Shown piece after piece: positions 26,490 to 38,220 of a stretch of DNA of 64,000 nt; position 1 is the stretch's first letter; every line of letters begins with the position of its first letter. The stretch is from Mobula hypostoma (Eukaryota): positions 96,040,001 through 96,104,000 of the forward strand of contig NC_086108.1 in NCBI RefSeq assembly GCF_963921235.1. The letters are read 5' to 3'. The notes under the pieces were generated by a model that was given only the letters and a program-made list of their open reading frames with translations, was not told the DNA's origin and ran no database searches. The translations under genes and the position numbers were made by a program.

Positions 26490-27260
26490 TCATGAGAGCA
26501 GCCAAAGTGCTACACCTGCCCATTCACCTGCACCCTCACCTTCATTCAGAGCCCCTTCTAGATGAGGCAACACTTCACCTGTGAATCTGCTGGGGTGGTC
26601 TATTATGTGCAGCACTCCCAATGCAATCTTGTCGACATTGGTGAAACCTGTTGTAGATCTGAGGACTGCTTTGTCGAACACCTCCACTCCATCTGCCAAA
26701 AGCAAAACTTTCCAGTGGCCAAACATTTTAATTCATATTCCCATTCCTGGTTTGACATGTTGGTCCATGGCCTCTTATGTTATGATGAGGCCACCCTTGT
26801 GGAGCAGCAACACCTTGTATTCCATCTGGGTAGCCTCCAACCTGATAGCATGGATTTCTATTTTACCTTCCGGTAAAAAAAAATTCACTCCCTCCTCCCT
26901 TCTTCTATTCCCCACTCTGGCCCCTTACCTCTTCTCATCTGCCTATCAACTCCACCTGGGTCCCCTTCTCCTCCCTGTTCTCCTGTGGTCCATTCTCCTC
27001 TCCTATCAGATTCCTTCTTCTCCAGCCATTTCCTTTCTCTCCCACCTGATTCACCTATCTTCTAGCTATCCTCATTCCCATCTCTCCACCTTTTTACTCT
27101 GTCATCATCCCCCTTCTTTTCCAGTCCTGAAGATGGGTCTTGGCCTGAAATGTCAACTGCTTATTCATTTCCATAGCTGCTGTCTGACCTGCTGAGTCCC
27201 TCTAGCATTTTGTGTGTTGCTTTAGATTTCCAGCATCTGCAGAGCTTCTCATGTTCATAG
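26490..27260 (+). mobile_element. Penelope-like element 3' fragment
   Basis: MRQHFTCESAGVVYY...IGET...FVEHL...PVAKHFNS; degenerate hammerhead at about 27123-27158. Confidence 0.85.
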
Positions 27261-27679
27261 TTTGTCCCTCATTAGTTTCTCAACATACTGATCTAGAACA
27301 TCATCTCTCAGACGTCACAAATTCATCCTCCACACTATTACCACTAATTTGATTTACCAGTCTACACATAGATATATGTGAACTTCTTGGGCTCTAAAAA
27401 TATTAGTATAAAATAGCAAAAAAGTAAACTACCTATATCCTCCAAACTGCAGCAACGATGATGGGAAAACACCACACACAAAATGCTGGAGGAATTCAAC
27501 AGGATGAGGGGGGAGTTGGCTAATGTGGATTGGGAGCATTTGGTGGGACAGTTGAGGAACAGTGGAATACTTTCAAAAATTTTTCACAGTGCTCAACAGA
27601 AGTATATTCCAATCAAAAGTAGGGACAGTAAGTGTGGGGAGAGCCTGCCTTGGATAACTAAGGAAATAAAAGATAGCAT

Positions 27680-27918
27680 TGCGGTGGCTCACCCATGCGC
27701 CAGCGAACTGGCTCCAGCAGTCGCGGGCGAGCAACCGGGAGGGCTCTGAGTGCGGGGCAGACCTCGGTCCGGAGGCCGATGTCACTTCCTCCCCGCAAAG
27801 AGTGGGGATGCTGGGAGTGGGCACTTTAGTGCGCGTGGACTGAAACAGTAAACAGTTCAACCAGACCCTGCTCGACTCAGAGTGTTGTTTTCACTTGTTG
27901 CATATCAGCGCGACTACA
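27680..27918 (+). repeat. Gypsy 5' LTR
   Basis: Direct repeat of 32010-32266; TG...ACTACA; followed by the PBS. Confidence 0.9.
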
Positions 27919-27919
27919 T

Positions 27920-27930
27920 TGGTGACCCCG
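27920..27930 (+). other. Primer-binding site, tRNA-Trp type
   Basis: TGGTGACCCCG matches the first 11 nt of the known tRNA-Trp PBS. Confidence 0.75.
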
Positions 27931-30834
27931 GCAGTCCAACGGCATTTGGATCTAGCATGAACGACTTGGCTCTGCAGAATGCAGTTTCCCTTAAACTGCC
28001 AACTTTCTGGACTACTCAACCCCTGGTCTGGTTCGAGCAAGCAGAGACCCAGTTCCAGGTCAGGCAAATTGTCTCAGACGCCACCAGGTATAACTACGTG
28101 GTGGGCGCCCTTGACCAGGAGACAGCAGGCCATGTTATTGACTTTCTCCATCAGCCCCGGCAAAAGACAGGTACGAGGCACTCAAGGCCCTGTTAATCCG
28201 CACATTTGGCCTTTCCCACGCGGTTACTGCATATGGACGGCCTGGGCGACCGTGCGCCATCAACCCTGATGAGTAACATGCTAGCACTGGCAGACGGCCA
28301 TAAGTCTTGCCTGCTTTTTGAACAGATCTTCTTGGAGCAAATGCCAGAAGACATCCGCTTCCTGCTAGCAGATGAAGACTTCAGAGACCCGCGCAGGGTG
28401 GCTGCCCGTGTGGACGTGCTTTGGTGCGCCAAACAAAATGGCGGAACCACCATTGGAATTAGTGCTGTGGCACGGCCGGAAGTCCAGCCCTTCCACACCC
28501 CCAGTAGCGGAGCACATAACATACACACAAAGGGACAGCACCACTTCTGAGTCTTGGTGTTTTTATCAAAGGTGGGGTTCCGGGGCCCGCTGCTGCCGAC
28601 CGCCATGCTCGTTCCAGGGAAACACCAGGACCAGCCGTCACTGATGGCTACAGCGGCTGGTCACCGTGATAGCCTCTTCTACATTTGGGACAAGCACTCC
28701 AGGTGTAGATTCCTGGTGGACACAAGGGCTGAAATCAATGTCCTACCCACCTCGAGCCACGATACCTGAACTAGAAGAACAGGACCGGAACTTACGGCAG
28801 CCAACAGCAGCACCATCCGCACCTACGGCACAAGAACCATCCCCTTGCAGTTCGGTTCCAGCTGCTTTACATGGACATTTACGCTGGCCGCAGTATCACA
28901 GCCATTGCTGGGTGCGGACTTCCTCTGCGCACACTGCCTGCTCGTGGATTTGAAGGGACGACGATTGGTCAATGCAAAGACGTTCCAGACTTTCTCCCTC
29001 GGCCCCGCACCTGGACTCCGTCACTTATTCCAAGAACGAGTTCGCCAGAGTGTTATCAGAGTTCCCATCTATCATCACGCCGCAGTTTTCCTCAACAGAC
29101 CCCAAACACGGCATGATGCACCACATCCCCACACAGGGACCTCCCCTTCATGCCCGGGCCCGCAGGCATCCGCCCGACAAACTCCGCCTCGCGAAGGAGG
29201 AATTCAAGAAGATGGAGGAGATGGGGATTGTGTGGCGTTCCGACAGCCCGTGGGCCTCCCCATTCCATATGGTGCCCAAGTCCACAGGAGGGTGGAGACC
29301 GTGCGGTGACTATAGGAGGCTGAACGACGCCACCACATCTGATCGCTATCCGGTACTACACATCCAGGACTTTACGGCCAACCTGCGCATCTTTTCGAAG
29401 ATTGACCTGGTCCGAGGGTATCATCAGATCCCAGTCCACCCAGACGATGTACCCAAGACGGCCCTCATTATCCCCTTTGGCCTGTTCAAGTTCCTCAGGA
29501 TGCCGTTTGGGCTCAAAAACGTGGTGCAGACATTCCAGCGCCTGATGGACGCAGTAGGGCGAGATCTGGACTTTCTGAACATCTACCTGGATGATATACT
29601 TATCGCCAGCCGCTCCCGCCAGGAACATCTAGCACATTTACGCCTGCTCTGCCGCCGCCTAAGCGACTACGGCCTGGCTATCAACCCCGCCAAGTGCCAG
29701 TTCGGCCTACACGCCATCAATTTCCTGGGACACTGGATCGACCGCCATGGAGCTGTGCCCCTACCGGCAAAAGTTGAAGCCATCTGCCAATTCGCCAGAC
29801 CCAGCACTATTAAAGGCCTACAGGAATTCGTTGGGATGGTTAACTTTTATCACCGTTTCCTGCCCTCAGGGTCTGGATCATGCAGCCCCTCTTCGGCTTG
29901 ATGTCCAGCAAGGTCAAAGTGGTCACCTGGACAGAGAAGGCGACGGCGGCTTTTCAACAAGCCAAGAACATACTAGCAAACGCCATGCTCCTGGTCCACC
30001 CCTGGGTCGACAACCCCACTGCCCTCACTGTGGATGCCTCCAACTCAGCAGTTGACGGCGTGCTCGAGCAGCTCGAAGGCCAGTGGAAGCCGCTCACTTT
30101 TATCAGCCGGCACCGACGACCCCCGGAACTTAAGTACAGCACTTTCAACAGGGAGCTGCTGGCCCTGTACCTTGCCATCCGGCACTTCAGGTACTTCCTG
30201 TAGGGGAGAGTTCACGGTCTTCACAGACCACAAGCCCCTCACTTTCGTGTTTGCCAAAGTGTCGGACCGGTGGTCGAGCCGCCAGCAACGCCACCTGTCA
30301 TACATCTCGGAGTTTACCACCACGATCAAGCACATTTCCGGGAAGAACAACGCGGTGGCTGACGTGCTGTCACACACCTCAGTCCAATCAGTGCACTCTC
30401 TGTCTCCGGGGGTGGATACTGCGGCGTTAGCTGAGTCGCAACAACTGGACAGCAAGATGCCGGCATACCGAACCGCAGTCTCAGGACTCCGCCTCGAAGA
30501 CATACCCGTTGGGCCCGAAGGTAATGAGCTCCTTTGCGATGTGTCCACCGGACAACCTCGGCCCATTGTCCCGACCGCTTGGACTTGCCACGTTTTCGAC
30601 GCCTTGCACGGTTTAGCCCACCCTTCCATCCGGGCGACCATCCTGCTGATCGCAAACAGGTTTGTGTGGCACAGCCTACGCAATCAGGTCGGGCACTGGG
30701 CCAGGACATGCACGCACTGTCAAACCTCCAAAATCCAGAGGCACGTAAGGGCCCCACTGCAACCCTTCCAGCCGACACATAAGAGGTTTGAACATGTCCA
30801 CGTGGACATCGTCGGCTCACTGCCAGTTTCGAGA

Positions 30835-31150
30835 CCATAAGACAAAGGAGCAGAAGTCGGCCATTCAGCCCATCGAGTCTGCTCCGCCATTTTATCATGA
30901 GCTGATCCATTCTCCCATTTAGTCCCACTCCCCCGCCTTCTCACCATAACCTTTGATGCCCTGGCTACTCAGATACCTATTAATCTCTGCCTTAAATACA
31001 CCCAATGACTTGGCCTCCACTGCCGCCCGTGGCAACAAATTCCACAGATTCACCACCCTCTGGCTAAAAAAATTTCTTCGCATCTCTGTTCTGAATGGGC
31101 GCCCTTCAATCCTTAAGTCATGCCCTCTCGTACTAGACTCCCTCATCAAA
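30835..31150 (-). mobile_element. CR1 3' fragment inserted in the Gypsy integrase
   Basis: ORF 30919-31149(-) TRGHDLRI...RRNFFSQRVVNLWN; (TTATGGTC) tail; GAGA on both flanks. Removal restores HVDIVGSLPVSRGARYLFTTVDRF. Confidence 0.9.
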
Positions 31151-32009
31151 GAGAGGAGCGAGATACCTGTTCACCACGGTGGACAGGTTTATGAGGTGGC
31201 TGGAAGCTGTCCCACTCGTTGACATGGCCACAGAGACGTGCGTCAGAGCCCTGATTACCATCTGGGTGGCACAGTTCGGACCCCCAGCCCACGTCACTTC
31301 CGACAGGGGTGTGTAGTTCACATCGGCTTTGTGGTCTGCACTGGCACAACTCCTCAGAACCCAGCTCCACCGAATGACTGCTTACCACCCACAGTCCAAC
31401 GGCCTGGTGGAACATTTCCACAGGCACTTGAAGTCGGCCCTGATGGCACACCTCCGAGGGCTAGACTGGGTGGATGAACTCCCCTGGGTGCTGCTTGGTA
31501 TCCGCATAGCACCCAAGGAGGACCTGGCTACATCATCGGCCGAACTTGTTTACGGTGCCCCGCTCAGAGTTCCCGGTGAGTTTGTGCCAGCACCCTGTGG
31601 CCAGGAGGACACACCTACAGCGGTCCTAACTAAACTCTGGGAGCGGCTTGGAACACTTGCCCCAGTCCTGACATCCCATCACAGAACAACACCCTCTTTC
31701 GTGCCCAAGGACCTACAACAGAGCAAGTATGTTTTCGTTCACCGAGGAACCCACAGACCACCCCTGCAGCGACCATACGAAGGACCCTACAAGGTGGTGC
31801 GCCATAATGGGACGACCTGCGTTCTTGACATCAGCGGTCGTGAAGAGACTTTTACCATTGACCGTCTCAAACTGGCGCATCTAGACCTTGAACTCCCAGT
31901 TGCGCTGCCATCCCCACGACGACAAGGCCGGCCATCTAAAAGAACTGACAGTGTGCAGGCTGTGGACTCTGCACCTCCTAGCACCGGTTCTGGGGTGGGG
32001 GGGGGGTCA

Positions 32010-32266
32010 CGTGGCAGCTCGCCCACGCAGCCAGCGAACCCGCTCCAACAACTCGCCGGTGAGTCCGCAGCCAGTGGCAACCGATAGGGCTCTGAGTGTG
32101 GGGCAGACCTCCGCCCCGAAGCCGACATCACTTCTGCCCCGCAAAGAGCAGGGGATGCTGGGAGTGGGCACTTCCGCTCGCGCGGATTGAAACAGTAAAC
32201 AGTTCAACCAGACCCTGCTTGACTCCAGTGTGTTGCTTTCACTCGTTGCGTATCAGCACGACTACA
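32010..32266 (+). repeat. Gypsy 3' LTR
   Basis: Preceded by a G-rich PPT; ends ACTACA followed by TSD GCAT. Confidence 0.9.
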
Positions 32267-33447
32267 GCATCAAATTAAAAGCTCATGTGTACAAAGTCAC
32301 AGAGTAGTGGGAGACTGGAGGATTGGGAAAACATTAAAAAGCAACAAAGAACAACTAAACAAGAAATAAGAAAAGGGAAGATAGAGTATGAAAATAAATT
32401 AGCACAAAATATAAAAACAGATAGCAAAAGTTTTTATAAATATATAAAGCGGAAGAGGGTGGCTTAAGTCAAGGTAGGTCCCTTGGAAGATGAGAAGGGG
32501 AAATTGATATTGGGTGATAAGGAAATGGCTGAGGCATTGAACAGCTACTTTTTGTCGGTCTTCACGGTGGAGGACATGTCTAATATGCCAAAGAATGATG
32601 TTACAGATGAAATGGGAGGTGAGGACCTTGATAAAATCACTGTCACTAAGGAGATAGTGATGAGCAAACTAGAAGGCCTGAAGGTAGATAAGTCCCTGGT
32701 CCTGATGGGATGCATCCCAGGGTACTGAGGGAATTGGCAGAGGTTATAGTAGACGCATTAGTAATCATTTACCAAAATTCTCTAGTCTCTGGGCAGGTCC
32801 TGCCAGATTAGAAGACAGCAAATGTCACGCCACTTTTTATAAAAGGATGTAGGCAAAAGACGGGCAACTATAGGCCAGTTAGCTTAACATCTGTAGTCAG
32901 GAAAATGCTTGAAGCTGTCATTAAGGAAGAAATAGTGAAACATTTAAAAAGGAGTGGTTCCATTAGACAGATGCAGCATGGATTCAGAAAGGGCAGGTAC
33001 TGTTTGACAAACTTACTGGAGTTCTTTCAGGACATAATGAGTGCAGTAGATAGAGGGGAACAGGTGGATGTCGTATACTTGGATTTCCAGAAGGCGTTCA
33101 ATAAGGTGCCGCACAAAAGACTTATAAGATACAGATGCATGGAGTTGGAGGAAGTGTATTGGCATGGATAATGGACTGGGCAACCAATAGAAGGCAGAGA
33201 TTTGGTATAAATGGGCGTTTCTCTAGTTGGCAGTCGGTGGTGAGTGGGGTGGAGCGGGGTCGGTGCTGGGCCCGCAGCTGTTTACCATTTGCAATGATGA
33301 TTTGGAAGTGGGGATTGAGTGTAGTGTAGCAAAATTTGCTAATGACACTAAACTGAGTGGAAAAGCAAATTGTACAGAGGATGTGGAAAAGTCTGCAGAG
33401 GGATACAGATAGGTTAAGTGAGTGGGCAAAGGTCTGGCAGATGGAAT

Positions 33448-33656
33448 GAAGAAGGAGAGGAAAGCCCTTAACTCTGAGTGGACGCCATCATGACGGCCTT
33501 TTTTTTTAAGCAGGCTTTCTTATTTTTACAAGGCCAAGTTGCTAGCTCGATACTCAACCCAGCATGGATGGAAAGCATGCGAGGGAGCCAGCTGGATTCG
33601 AACTTGGGAGCCTTCGCTCCAAAGTCCGGAGCTGATGCACTACGCCACCAGCCGGC
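33448..33656 (-). mobile_element. tRNA-derived SINE
   Basis: A box TGGCGTAGTGC, B box GTTCGAATCC, (TTC) tail; 12-bp TSD ggcagatggaat/ggcaggtggaat. A related copy lies at about 4680-4900(-). Confidence 0.85.
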
Positions 33657-34505
33657 GGCAGGTGGAATACAGCATTGGTAAATGTGAGATCATCCACTTT
33701 AGAAGGAATAATAGAAGAGCAGATTATTATTTAAATGGTGAAAGATTGCAGCATGCTGTTGTGCAGAGGGACTTGGGAGTGCTTGTTCACGAACTGCAAA
33801 AAGTTGGCTTGCAGGTACAACCGGTTATTAAGAAGGCAAACGGAATGTTGGCCTTCATTGCCTGAGGGATTGAATTCAAGAGCAGGAAGGTCATGCTGCA
33901 ACTATACAGGGTATTGGTGAGGCCGCACCTGGAGTGGTGTGTGCAGTTCTGGTCTCCATACTTGAGGAAGGGTATGCTGGCTTTGGAGGCAGTGCAGAGG
34001 AGGTTTACCAGGTTGATTCCAGGGATGAAGGGGTTAACCAATGAGGAGAGATTGAGTCACCTGGGACTATACACTCTGAAATTCAGAAGAATGAGAAGGG
34101 ATCTTATAGAAACATACAAAATTTTGAAAGGGATAGACAAGATAGAAGTAGGAAAGTTGTTTCCATTGGTAGATGAGACTAGAACTCAGGGACATTGCCT
34201 CAAGATTCAGGGGAGAAGATTTAGGATGGAGAGGAGGAGAAACTTTTTCCCAAAGAGTGGTGAATCTGTGGAATTTTCTGCCCAAGGAAGCAGCTGAGGC
34301 TTCTTCACTAAATATATTTAAGATACAGTTAGATAGGTTTTTACATAGGGGAATTAAGGGTTAAGGGGAATTAAGGGTTATGGGGAAAAGGCAGGTAGAT
34401 GGAGCTGAGTTTACGGACAGATTAGCCATGATCTTATTGAATGGCGTGGCAGTCTCAATGGGCTGGATGGCCTACTCCTGGTCCTGCTCCTATTTCTTAT
34501 GTTCT

Positions 34506-35190
34506 AACAGGTCAGACAGCATCTATGGAAATGAATAAACAGTTGACAATTCAGGCTGAGATCATTCTTCAGGATTGAGATGGAAGGAGGAAGATGCCAG
34601 AATAAAAAGTGTGAACCCAGTTTGATGAGAAAAGTCAAGGGCTAGAGAAGAAGGAATCTGATCAGAGAGGAAAGTGGACCATAGGAAAAAGGGAAGGGGG
34701 GGGACCCGGGGGAAGTCATTGGCAGGCGAGAAGAGGCAAAAGGTCAGAATGGGGACTAGAAGAAGGGGGAAATATTTTTACTGAAGGAGAAATCAATATT
34801 CATGCCATCAGGTTGGAGGCTACCTGGACGGAATACAAGGTATTGCTCCTCCACCCTGAGAGTGGCCTCATGAATCATCTTGGCACAAGAGGTGGCCATG
34901 GACAGACATGTTGGAATGGGAATGAAAACTGAAATTAAAATGTTTGGTGACTGGAAAGTTCTGCTTTTGGCAGATTGAGCCGAGGTGCTTAACTAAGCAG
35001 TCCCCCAATTTACATGGTCTCACCATTGTACGGGCTGCATTGGGAGCACCAGACAACAGACGATTCCAGCAGATTTGGGGCCCTGAATGGAGGTGAGGGA
35101 GGTGGTGAATGGGCGGGTGTAGCACTTAGGCCACTTGCAGGGATAAGTGCTCGGAGAGAGATTAGTTGGGAGGGACAAATGGACAAAGGA
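34506..35190 (-). mobile_element. Penelope-like fragment (its 3' tip at 27475-27503 is displaced by the CR1/Gypsy stack)
   Basis: Reverse-complement pLTR and GIY-YIG remnant (PVTKHFN..HSHSNMSVHG). Confidence 0.8.
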
Positions 35191-36049
35191 ATCACTGAGG
35201 GATTTATTTCAGTTATAAAGTTCAAAGTAAAATGTATTCAGAGTACATACATGTCAGCACATACAACCCTGGGATTCTTTTTCTGCAGGCATATTCAGCA
35301 AATCTATAGGACAGTAACTGTAAACATCAGGAACTGTTAACTGTAAACAAGGTGCAGATGCAGATATAAATAACAATAAATAATAAGCATGAAATAACAA
35401 TATAACAGTGTTCTTAAGTGAGTGTAGCTATCCCTTTTGTTCAAGGACCCGATGGTTGAGGGGTAGTAACTGTTCTTGAACCTAGTGGTGCGAGGTGACA
35501 TTCAGCTGTGCAGTGTACATGAATAACTGAATGATGATGCATTTGTGTTTATAAAAAGAAATCCTGGAATAATGGAACTGAAAGAAAATTACGATCTTCA
35601 AAAGTTGGGTCATTCAGTGCAAGTTTTGTGAACCATCTCCAGTATTCAGCCAAGCAGCTAATTGTTTCAGTAAACAAAAACCAATGGCCAAGTCCATTTT
35701 CTGGCAGATTGCACAATAGGTTCACATCAATATTCAAGCATATTTGAATGAAGAGTACAAATGACAAAATCAACCTTCAAGAAGAATTTAGGCTGCATGC
35801 ATCACTGCACCTTACACACATAATCCTCTACAATCAAAGAATAAAGATTTCTTGTAGCTTCTATAATCACTATTCAAATGTATCACATCAGTCCATGTCT
35901 TTGATTTATTTTACAGCACCCTATTAACTAGGATTTTACTTTTTAAATATTTTCTTATAAAGCTAGTAAAGCTGAAAGCTTACCACACTGAACCTCAATA
36001 AAGTTGAATATTAAAATGTTAACTATAGAGGAAAAAAAGGTCAACGTAG

Positions 36050-36740
36050 ACCAAAGGGAACACTTGAGATTCCTATTGTAGGATTCCCTATAGGTTAACT
36101 TGCAGGTTGAATGGGTAGTGCAAGGAAGGCAAATATGATGCTGGCACTCGTTTTGAGGGGACAAGAATATAAAAGCTAGGCTGTGATGATGAGGTTTAAC
36201 AAGGCATTAGTTAGGTCGCACTTTGAATACAGCGAGTAGTTTTGGGCCCCGTATCTATGAAAGAATGCGCTAGCATTGGAGAAGTTACAGAGGAGGTTCT
36301 CGAGAATTATTCCAGGAATGAAAGGGTCCAAGGAGTGTTTTATGGCTCTGGGCCTGCACTCACTGGAGTTTAGTAGAACGAGGAGAGACCTCATTGAAGG
36401 TTCTACATAGAGTGGACATGGAGTGGGTGTTTCCTATAGTGGGGGAAGTCTAGGACCAGAGGACACAGCCTCAGAAGACAAGGACAAAAGAGATGAGGAG
36501 GAATTTCTTTAGCCAGAGGGCATAAATCTGTGGAATTCATTGACACGGACAACTGTGGAAGCCAAATAATTCAAAGCAGAGGTGAATAGGTTCTGGATTA
36601 GAAAAGGTGTCAAAGGTTATGGGGAGAAGGCAAGAGAATGGGTTGAGGGAGAACAATAAATTAGCCATAATGAAATGGCAGAGCAGACTTGATGAGACAA
36701 ATGGCTTATTTCTGCTCCAATACCTTATGGTTATGGTATT
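36050..36740 (+). mobile_element. Decayed CR1 3' fragment
   Basis: VRSHFEYS..FWAP and RRNFFSQR remnants; (TTATGG) tail. Confidence 0.75.
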
Positions 36741-37989
36741 TTGGGAACAGTCCAAAAAGTTATAAACAAAAAGACAGCCTCTCAATTTGGAGCTAGACCA
36801 CACTGTTAAATGTTCATGTCAAGATTAGAAATTCCCATTACCAACACTGACAACTACCAACAATTTCGTATAAAAGAACTGAATTAAATTCTGCAAATAC
36901 AAGCACTGTGGACAATTCAACACTACAAAAGCAGGCAAGACTGCTGTTATTTCAGATCTTCTAGTGCAGGCTCACTCTAGATCTCATGATTAGAATCACG
37001 ACCAATTGCTGGACTGTACCCCATTTATTTTCAATACAATCTATTAAAACTGCTTAGGAAGAGGCCAGTTACTTAAAAGTGCAAAAATGTTGCTTTCTAA
37101 AAATTTCATATATAGGTTTTTTTCTATAGGCATTTAATTTAATCAATTGAAAACAGTAAAAAGTACACAGCTCAGTAACTCATTTAACGACAAATGCTGG
37201 TGACAATAAACTTGATTCTGATTAATGTTCAATTCAGGAAATCACTTCATTCAACCTGCCATTTTAATTCTCTCTCTGAACAGGTGCTGCCTGATTTGTT
37301 AAGAACTTACAATAATATTCAACTGTTGGCACACCAAATCATTTCTGATTTCTAATAGTATGCCATCGTTAACTGCACCAATTTGGATAAGTTGTAAACA
37401 TTTTCACTCAATTAAAATAACACCAAGACACAAGTTTATAACAATAAAAAAAAACAACAGCATGTCTATATGTAGTTGGAGGGAGAGAGCAGAGGTTAGT
37501 GTAAATGAAAATAAATTCCAGACAAGTTGAAAAGATAAGGCTTTCCTACAATTTCACTCCCACATCTGATCCCCAGAGGAGACAGCTGACCAAATTGGAA
37601 ACACGCACTCGCCTTGTTGCTAGTTACAAATTAGGTTAGTCATAGAGTTTTATACAGAGCAACAGGCCATTCGGCCCAGCAAATCCCGGCAACCATCATA
37701 ACTTTTTATTAATTCCATAATACTCTATTCCCTGTGCATTCTCAGAAGATACAGTGGCATTTTTAAACTAATAAACTTTGTGTACGACTTGAGCATAATA
37801 GGCAGGCGCCCTTTTCACATTTTCCCCTCATTCCTGTTTATAAACCGGTCACAACACGGTCTGTCCCTTCACCCAAATGCATACAAGGGCGGACTGAGAT
37901 TTGGGAGGGACTGGGATGTGGTCACTCCAGTCAATGGGAAAACAACCAGCAGAGCCTCCGTGTTAATATAAAGAAACTTTCCCTTTCCG

Positions 37990-38220
37990 TGACTCTGCGG
38001 GAGAAAGTATCTTTCCGAGTTGTCGCTGAGCCATTCAACCAACTACTGAACTGACCTTTTTCAAAATGACGACCGGGAACGAGCAGCACGCGTGCACGTG
38101 AGCTGGCGCGGCCGTAAATAGCGCGCGGCCCGGATGACATCACCCGCGACGCAGCTTGTTTAGATTAGCGCGATGGTAAACAAAGTAGGTCCGGAAGCTT
38201 GGTCCCTGGTTCGAATTTAA
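37990..38220 (-). promoter_or_regulatory. CpG-rich putative promoter and non-coding exon 1 of BRDT
   Basis: Clearest non-TE CpG cluster in the window. Motifs: CACGCGTG and TCACGTG E-boxes (about 38087-38101), GCGGGA (37997), TTTGAA on the minus strand (38060-38065), TGACATCA, CCGGAAG, GTAAACA. Candidate minus-strand donor AAAAG|GTCAGT at 38056/38055. The link to BRDT is inferred. Confidence 0.6.

Larger units (their letters stand above)
27680..32266 (+). mobile_element. Full-length Ty3/Gypsy LTR retrotransposon (degenerate gag-pol)
   Basis: 5' LTR 27680-27918 (TG...CA), 3' LTR 32010-32266, TSD GCAT (27676-27679 and 32267-32270), PBS TGGTGACCCCG, PPT 31992-32006. Gag KLPTFW..WF, protease LVDTRA, RT YLDD, RNase H TVDAS..., integrase with GPY. 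Domain order is PR-RT-RH-IN. Confidence 0.95.
27504..34505 (+). mobile_element. Decayed 5'-truncated CR1 LINE hosting the Gypsy element and a SINE
   Basis: ORF2 fragments at 27504-27679 and 32267-34400 (YLDFQKAF, FANDTKL, VRPHLE..QFWSP); TSD AACAGG at 27498-27503 and 34506-34511. Confidence 0.88.

Noticed and set aside
35549..35773. 74-aa minus-strand ORF in unique sequence as an extra exon or gene
   Set aside because: No recognisable domain or convincing splice sites; needs RNA-seq.
5228..36740. Antisense orientation bias of intronic LINEs
   Set aside because: The large elements are antisense to BRDT, but several minus-strand CR1 fragments exist (about 6160-6630, 9340-9550, 10130-10440, 11080-11500), and the sample is too small.
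38172..38182. ATG|GTAAAC as first exon of a divergent plus-strand gene
   Set aside because: Weak donor and no downstream plus-strand coding exon recognised in 38-64 kb.
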